The notes under the pieces are model-generated. The model did no database searches and was not told where the DNA came from. It saw only the letters and a program-made list of their open reading frames with translations. Source: a bacterium (GTDB lineage: Bacteria; Patescibacteriota; Gracilibacteria; Absconditabacterales; Absconditicoccaceae). Taken from it: a stretch of DNA of 64,000 nt. Shown one piece after another: positions 57,490 through 64,000 of the stretch (the first letter of the stretch is position 1; each line of letters begins with the position of its first letter). The stretch is taken from NCBI GenBank assembly GCA_043720715.1, contig JAYSSF010000090.1, positions 2,020 to 66,019 on the forward strand, written 5' to 3'. A program made the translations under genes and the position numbers.

Positions 57490-60400
57490 ATGTTTCCTAA
57501 GAAGTATGACCATGCCGAGATCGAATCAAAGATCCAAAAGTTATATGATAAATATAAACTCGCACATCCAGAGACTGTAGTACAGATGCAGTCTGACCTG
57601 GGTGCGAGTTTTCCTTGTTCATCTGATGAGACCTACGTATGTAGTTACCCGCCACCAAATGTAACCTGAGTATTACACCTCGGACACGCTCTCACGACGA
57701 CGATGGAAGATGTGATCCTACGCTATCATCGTATGACTGGTAAGTCAGCACTATGGCTACCAGGTACTGATCATGCGGGTATTGCTACTCAGACCAAGGT
57801 AGAAGCCAAGGTCAAAGCAGACGAAGGCAAAACCAGATTTGATTATGGGAGAGTACCGTTTCTCGACAAGGTATGGGAGTTTGCGCTTGCCAACAGATCC
57901 ACCATCATCTCACAGATGAAGTCGATGTGATCATCACTGGATTGGACTCGTGAGTCATTTACCCTATCAGAGAAACTCAGTAGAGCAGTACGCAAATCAT
58001 TTGTAGAGTTATATAATCAAGGTAAAATCTATCAATGACATCGTGTGACCAACTGGGATCCAGTCAGCCAATCAGTGATCTCCGATATTGAGGTAATTAT
58101 GAAGGAGCAGGAAAGTAAGCTTTATTATATCAAATACTTTGTTACTGGTGGACAAAATTCGATCACCGTGGCTACAACTCGTCCTGATACCGTAATTGCA
58201 GATGTAGCGATCGCAGTCAATCCAGGAGATAAGAGGTTCAAATGACTGGTTGGGAAGTTCGTCCTTGCACCGATTACCAATCGTAAAATCCCAGTAATCG
58301 CAGATGACTATGTAGATCCAGAGTTTGGTACTGGGGCACTCAAGATTACGCCAACACATGATGCCAACGACTTTGAGATTGCACTCAGACACAACCTTCC
58401 AATGGATGTCTATGCGTTTGATAAAGAGGGTCGCTACACAGAACATGCTGACGAGTTTGCAGGTGTACATATTGATGATGGATTTGATAATATTGTAAGT
58501 CTGATCCAAGAGAGAGGTAATTTGGAGCGTGTCGAAGACTACGCCAACAAGATCCCAACCAGTGAGCGTACTGGTGCCACCATCCAACCGATCATTACTA
58601 AACAACGATTTTATAACACATCCGAAGCGGCCGCAGCCAGCGATCAAGCACTCACTGATGGCAAACTCAAGATCTATCCACCCAGATTTGAACATGACTT
58701 CTATCAGTGGATGGATAAGATTCAACCATGGTGTATCTCTCGTCAGTTATGGCGATGACATCGTATCCCAGTGCGATATGGATCTGATGGTCAGATGGCT
58801 ATCGTAGATGAAGACGTTGTTCTCGCATCATGTGGTGATCAACCCAATCTTCTGACCTTGATCGTGTTTAATCTGATTGCTGATAGTAGACTCTCAGAGC
58901 AGTTTACTCTCGATGAATTTATCGAGTTGATGCTATCCGAGAGTATCGTCCCGACCGAAGGCAAGATTTATGAAGTGTATCATACGATCTACTCAGTCAA
59001 GTTTGCTGATAATCAAGCAATGTTGGAGCAACTTTCAACTTTGAACCTTTTACTTTCAACCTTGAACCTTGAACCAAGTAATATTGATACAATAAGTCAT
59101 TTGGGGGAGTTACTCGCTTGAGCTACACATATCATTGACACAGGTCATAATTTCTCACTAGATATTGCATCGATTGTATGATTTGAATCTCCAGTACAAG
59201 ATCCTGACGTACTCGATACATGGTTCTCATCATGACTATGGCCGATGACGACGCTAGGATGGCCAGAACAAACACCAGATTATCGCAAATACTTCCCCCA
59301 GACAATGCTCGAGACTGGGTCGGATATTATCTTCTTCTGGGTTGCAAGGATGACGATGATGTCATATGATCTGACTGGGCAGATGCCGTTCCGTGATATC
59401 GTATTGCATGGTATGGTCCTGGATGAAAAAGGCAAGAAGCAGTCCAAATCATCAGGCAACGGAGTTGATCCACTCGAAGTTATCGAACAATATGGTGCAG
59501 ACACGATACGTATGGCCCTGATAACTGGATCTACGCCTGGTAACCCCGTCAAGATCGGGATGGCTAAGTTTGATCAGTATAGTAGATTTATCAACAAACT
59601 CTGGAACGCAAGTAGATATGTGGTTACCAAGATCGTATGAGAAGACACCAAGACAGAATTTACCTATGAACTAGTCAGACAACAACTGATTGATGGTATG
59701 GATCAGACCAATGATTTTGATCGCTGGATCCTGACTGGACTTGATGAGATGATTGCCAAGCAGCATGAGTTATTTGAGTCGTATCAGCTGGGTGAGTTTA
59801 GTAGCCAGTTGATGACCTTTGTGTGGAGCAGCTTCTGTGATTGGTATATTGAGACCAGTAAGCAGATCTCATCACCCATGACTGATACGGTCATGATCTA
59901 CACGATCAGTACACTATGTAAACTTCTCCACCCATATATCCCCCATGTGACTGAGGAGTTATGGCGTCAGGTGGGTATGACACAGCGACTAGCGATCCAG
60001 CCAGTAGCTCAAACATTGGGCGACATTAACACCAATGTTCATACTCAAACTCTCATGTCACTCATCAGCGAGTGTCGTAATCTACGTAACCAAGCATCAA
60101 TCCCTAATCATGAAAAAGTCAGTGTTGTAGTTACCGTAAATCATGATTTTGCACAGCTCATCCAACAATATGAGACGCTCGTATGTGGATTGATTAGAGC
60201 TGACTGAATCATCTATCAACCCACCATGGAGTGGTCAGAATTGGACCCTGTGATGTCCGCCATGCTGTATGATATGAAGATCGGTATCAAGACCCAAGCC
60301 CCACAGCTTAACCGGAAGGACCACTTAGCCAGATTGCAGCTTGAGTTGGCAGATGAGGAACGCTTTGTAGCAGATCTGAGACGTTCACTATCCAATCCAG

Positions 60401-60522
60401 AGTTTGTCGAGAGAGCACCAGCACACATCATCGAGACCAAGCGTACCAAGCTCACCGATCTTACAACCAAGATCGAGCAGATGCAGATTGAGATCGAGAC
60501 GATCAAGATGAAGAATAAATAG
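57490..60522 (+). CDS. valS: valine--tRNA ligase, 1,010 aa
   Basis: ATG 57490, TAG 60520-60522. Joins seven same-frame track ORFs (57703, 58045, 58402, 58771, 59245, 59698, 60226). PPPNVT-G-VLHLGHA has TGA at 57667-57669. KMSKS as KQSKSSGN. C-terminal coiled coil. Confidence 0.95.
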
Positions 60523-60529
60523 AGATAAG

Positions 60530-60552
60530 AATCCGACGTTGTCGGATTTTTT
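60530..60552 (+). terminator. valS intrinsic terminator
   Basis: ATCCGAC (60531-60537) gtt GTCGGAT (60541-60547), then a T-run to 60552. Confidence 0.75.
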
Positions 60553-60560
60553 ATAGTAAG

Positions 60561-60586
60561 AAAAACTCCAACCGAAGTTGGAGTTT
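60561..60586 (-). terminator. intrinsic terminator of the YceI-like gene
   Basis: ACTCCAAC (60565-60572) cgaa GTTGGAGT (60577-60584). The minus-strand T-run is the complement of A5 at 60561-60565. Confidence 0.7.
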
Positions 60587-60604
60587 ACTATTATATTTAA
60601 CTTA

Positions 60605-61381
60605 TTAGTTGATAGAACCGCTTGTAGTAGTACCAGTAGCAACATCACCTGTAGCTACGCTACCAGTCATCACGTCACCAGTAGCCACTGATCCAGTAGC
60701 AATACTACCAGTAGATACTGTAGCAGCTTCGACAGTGTCAGTAGTAGTAGCTGTAAGATCAAATGAGATCTTGAGTTCTTCTTGTACCACACCTTCCCAC
60801 TTGGTGAGATTCCATTCTGATCTTTGGATAAAGAAGTCAGCTTTGATAGTCGCAGTTTGTCCTTTGACTACGATTGCAGCTGGGAATTCGATAGTCTTAG
60901 TGATGCCATTCAGTGTTAGATCTCCTTGAGCCATATCTCCACTGTAGCTTGTAAGGAAGAACTTCGCTGTAGGATAAGTAGCCACATTGAAGAACTCCTT
61001 GAGCTCACCAACCAACTTAGTATTCATGACTCCGTCATCTAAGTCAGAATTGATGATGCTATTCATATCAATATCAAATTGTGCTCCTACTACTTCTCCG
61101 CTTGAGACTACCAATACACCATTAGTCAGATTGAGTGTTCCAGTATGGAATCCACCTACTTTACGAGCTTCCCATGAGAGAGTGCTACCGCTAGCAACAT
61201 CATAATTTATTCCTTCAGGAAGAGTTGTGATAGCATTAGGCTTGCGAATCATAACCGTAGACATCATTGATTGATCAACATCATAAGTGCCCCACCAGTT
61301 CATTGGATCAAATTTGACCAGTACACCAAACAGTGCAAATAAAATTACAAAAAATACCCATTTAAAATTGTTTGTAAACAT
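60605..61381 (-). CDS. YceI-like domain protein with N-terminal TM anchor and C-terminal Gly/Thr/Val repeat tail, 258 aa
   Basis: ATG 61381 (the track ORF starts at an upstream alternative codon), TAA 60607-60605, no internal TGA. ..STLSWEARKVGGFHTGTLNL..FNVATYPTAKFFLTS..LTLNGITKTIEFPA.. fits the YceI pattern. Tail GSIATGSVATGDVMTGSVATGDVATG. Confidence 0.75.
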   Translation of the reverse strand: MFTNNFKWVFFVILFALFGVLVKFDPMNWWGTYDVDQSMMSTVMIRKPNAITTLPEGINYDVASGSTLSWEARKVGGFHTGTLNLTNGVLVVSSGEVVGAQFDIDMNSIINSDLDDGVMNTKLVGELKEFFNVATYPTAKFFLTSYSGDMAQGDLTLNGITKTIEFPAAIVVKGQTATIKADFFIQRSEWNLTKWEGVVQEELKISFDLTATTTDTVEAATVSTGSIATGSVATGDVMTGSVATGDVATGTTTSGSIN

Positions 61382-61554
61382 TGTGTTAAAATAAGAAAAA
61401 TAAAGCAATAGCAAACACCCGAAAGGGCGAAAGAAATAATAACAGTTATAAAAATATGGATGTAGAGGAGTATTTCAAGCTCAAGTTTCAACTCTCGCAA
61501 CCCGGCTGCCAGCCGGGCAGGTGACGAGTGCTCGGAGATGCTATTTCACCCTTG

Positions 61555-61664
61555 TATAGTAAATCGACTACATCATTCCGATATTACATCACAACTCATG
61601 GTTGATTTACTACGTAGTAAACCATCATGACAGTCTAGTTAATCTTAGTTTGTGAGTTTACTTT
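61555..61664 (+). repeat. diverged solo copy of the 109-nt double-hairpin element
   Basis: Starts TATAGTA like 19939. Hairpin 1 is tagtaaatc (61557-61565) / gatttacta (61604-61612). It keeps the ACTACGTAGT palindrome (61609-61618). Hairpin 2 is agtaaac (61616-61622) / gtttact (61656-61662). Its loop tctagttaatcttag resembles ttaattctagttctaag of the cassette repeat. Confidence 0.6.
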
Positions 61665-61771
61665 GATAATCATGATAAACCCGCTTTATTTAGTTGGTTT
61701 ACTATAAATGTCCCACTTGCGACATCATTCATGTTTGATTTAATGAGTGATATGGCATCATCCACGCTGGC

Positions 61772-62560
61772 TCATAGATCTTTGAGAGTTGGCATTGTCA
61801 ATTTTGCGATTGTTCCAGATAGGCTTGCAGTATAGCTTTGCTGGCATAGCTGGGCGTGTCTGACTGGATCATTGAGAGCATCACGATACTGATTGTATTG
61901 ATAAGTCATGTCTGCGAGGTCCTGCTTCATCTTCAGCGACTGCTCTTGGATGAGGATAATCTTGTCACAGTTTCCGAGTTGTTTGGGGTAGTTGTTGATC
62001 TCATCGACATATTCTTGTTTTTGTTTACCCCATGATTGAGAGGTTTCTACGAGTAAGATTGATGTTTTTTTCACATGTTCAAAATAATTCTTGACGCATT
62101 TGATCGTGCTCAGATTTCTCACTGATAAGAGTACGGTAGGGATGAGCTCGACCTGGTCTTGGAGGAGCTGTAATAACTGATCGTACGATGTATCGATCTC
62201 ATCTCGCGTCGTCCCGATCTTCCTCACGGCTCATACACACTGCTGGATGGTTTCGAGTTGTGAACGTTCTTGAGTTTTATTGATATTGATGGCGAGCGTA
62301 TTGCCTAATACTGTATCACGATTTTGATCAATTGCCCAGCGGAAATATTGCTGGGTCTGACCCAGAGCCTGGAGGTCTCATGATAGGTAGTTTCACCACG
62401 AGTCGAGTCAGCTCATGAGAGCACGATATCCCTCACTATCCTTATCTGGACCAATATATCAGAACTTATCGCGCTGCCCCACAAAGCGCCAAACCACGAA
62501 GATAACGATCCCAATGAGAAGCGCAATCATGAGGTGACCGATGAAGCGTGCAATATTCAT
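61772..62560 (-). CDS. hypothetical N-terminally membrane-anchored protein, 262 aa
   Basis: ATG 62560, TGA-joined extension of track ORF 61772..62227 (789 nt, in frame). MNIARFIGHLMIALLIGIVIFVVWRFV TM segment. The remainder is helical and Gln/Leu-rich. Confidence 0.6.
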
Positions 62561-62610
62561 TTGACAAAGAGGAAGTAAATCACTAGAATAGATTAATCTT
62601 TATTTTTATT

Positions 62611-63102
62611 ATGTGTTTTATGATGTTTAAAACAATTATTTTGATCGTAGTAGTCTACTTGGTAGCTCAGTGTATCTATGTATACAATACTGATGCGAAA
62701 TTACGTGCAAAAATCAAGGACAAATCATGGGGCGAGACAATTGGTGCGTTATTATCTAAGGTAATCGATAATCACAAGTTTTGGTATAAGGATTCTAACT
62801 TGGAGGATGTAGTTGAGGATGTGAAGAGAGATGGCGCGAAGGTGGTAGCAAAGGCCAAGGCTAAGGCTGCTGACATGGTAGCAGATGTCAAAGAAGAAGC
62901 TGCAGATGTAGTAGCAGTAGCTAAGAAGATAGTAGCGAGCAACAGTAAATCCCCGAGAGGGGTGAAAGCAGCTCCAGCTAAGAAAGCAGCTCCAGCAAAA
63001 AAGCCAGCCGCTAAAGCTCCAGCGAGCAAAGTAAACAAAGCAGCTCCGAGCAAAAGCGAATCCCCGAGAGGGGGCAAGGCAAAGACAGCAAAGAAGAAAT
63101 AA
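62611..63102 (+). CDS. membrane-anchored Lys/Ala-rich histone-H1-like protein, 163 aa
   Basis: Intact track ORF. TM FKTIILIVVVYLVAQCIYVY, then AKAKAKAADMVADVKEEAADVVAVAKK and AAPAKKAAPAKKPAAKAPASK repeats, with two KSPRG / ESPRGG motifs. Confidence 0.7.
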   Translation: MCFMMFKTIILIVVVYLVAQCIYVYNTDAKLRAKIKDKSWGETIGALLSKVIDNHKFWYKDSNLEDVVEDVKRDGAKVVAKAKAKAADMVADVKEEAADVVAVAKKIVASNSKSPRGVKAAPAKKAAPAKKPAAKAPASKVNKAAPSKSESPRGGKAKTAKKK

Positions 63103-63120
63103 ATTATTGATTAGTATTCT

Positions 63121-63152
63121 AAAAAAGAAAGCAGCTAGTTGGCTGCTTTTTT
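63121..63152. terminator. bidirectional intrinsic terminator
   Basis: AAAGCAGC (63128-63135) tagttg GCTGCTTT (63142-63149), flanked by A6 (63121-63126) and a T-run to 63152. Lies between convergent genes. Confidence 0.7.
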
Positions 63153-63163
63153 GTATATGCTGG

Positions 63164-63976
63164 TTATGTGACTAATCATCATGGTTTTGGTCGTATCCAT
63201 TCGCGAGGGACTTTGATAGTTTTCCATCTAGGCTTGATTGGAGCTATATTTAATGTGTCTTTGTTGATTGGTGATTTGTTGTTGATCTCCCTGATTTTGA
63301 TATCAAGATGCCAATCATCTCAGTGATAATTAAATACATACTCATAATTGCCGATAAGTACAGGGTCACTATAATCACCGGTCTGAGTTATTCAGTGTTC
63401 CAGCAAGATAATCAGTACGAGAAGGGATTCTCCAAGATCGATCTTCCATCCTCACTCATGTCAGTCGGGTCATGGTTTATGGATTCCAAATTCTGTTCAT
63501 CCAGTAATATTTTCTTTTTGGTTATAATTTCGGCGTGTTCTGATATCTTGTATGAGAGCTATGATCCCATCGATAGAGCTTGCATTTATTTCTACAAGTG
63601 AAGTACGATTACTTGATCTATTATTGCTGGTTTCTTTAGTTCATTGATCAGAAGATTTTAGTCAGATATTTTGTTGATTAAGAAGATGTTTTGCGTAAAT
63701 ATGGGAGTATTTTTTGATTCAATTAACTTCATAAATATCCTCAGGTGCTTGTAATATATTAGGATGGACTTCTACATTACTCTTTGATGATGTATGTTCT
63801 TCATGAGTTAAGTTGAGTAGCGATTGAGTATTAGATTTATCAAGAAGTTTAATAGTCGTCGGATCTACATAGCGATGTGTAAATACTTTATCTCATTGTG
63901 GGAGTGCCCCTTCTAATTGATTAATAAGTTGTTTATGCTGTAGATTATCAATGTTCATAAATGCTACTTTTTTCAT
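63164..63976 (-). CDS. hypothetical protein, at least 270 aa (may extend past the right edge)
   Basis: The minus frame was checked line by line: open under table 25 from the window edge to TAA 63166-63164, with a dozen or more in-frame TGA. First visible ATG is at 63976, and the 24 nt upstream to position 64000 are also open in frame. No recognisable motif. Confidence 0.5.
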
Positions 63977-64000
63977 TTTCTGCTGAATGAGGTGGTGGAG

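Noticed and set aside
61382-61771. A long (390-nt) intergenic region as a hidden protein gene or a known structured RNA (tmRNA, RNase P, SRP, riboswitch).
   Set aside because: There is no open frame of useful length under table 25 and I recognised no conserved core motifs of those RNAs. The content is better explained by the solo double-hairpin element, a partial REP-like element and GTTTACT-type short repeats.

Overview
AT-rich 64-kb window from a bacterium that reads UGA as glycine (translation table 25, known only from Gracilibacteria/Absconditabacteria-SR1, CPR). The standard-code ORF track is therefore an artefact. TGA sits at invariant Gly positions of typA, pilT, metG and valS, and every gene I call ends in TAA or TAG. 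Re-read by eye with table 25, the window holds 23 CDS.

Gene content:
- About 66% of the DNA is three giant secreted multidomain proteins: A (4352..12940, minus, 2,862 aa), B (22831..40638, plus, 5,935 aa) and C (41625..57428, plus, 5,267 aa). They are built from reiterated Cys-cap / LamG / plant-type LRR / DUF11 / SdrD-B / Ig-like modules.
- Housekeeping genes: typA, metG, glyQS, valS.
- Envelope genes: two TrbC/VirB2-like pilin genes, pilT, a K+ channel, an MscS-like channel and a YceI-like protein.

Most interesting items:
1. Two orphan PemK/MazF-like toxin paralogs. Each is paired with a convergent ~75-nt RNA gene that has a conserved TTGCAA-N16-TATACT promoter, an identical 26-nt 5' segment, co-varying hairpins and its own intrinsic terminator.
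2. A DEDD/RNase-H-like exonuclease gene bracketed by 109-nt double-hairpin inverted repeats. A third, diverged solo copy 41 kb away keeps both hairpins through compensatory substitutions, a REP/RAYT-like layout with a non-canonical enzyme.
3. A DUF559 endonuclease cassette bounded by 120-141-nt direct repeats. It sits exactly where the module series of giant gene B breaks off inside an LRR block, and gene C resumes with the post-LRR motif.

I recognised no rRNA, tRNA or CRISPR array. All coordinates and translations were derived by eye, so domain names are motif-level calls that need HMM confirmation.
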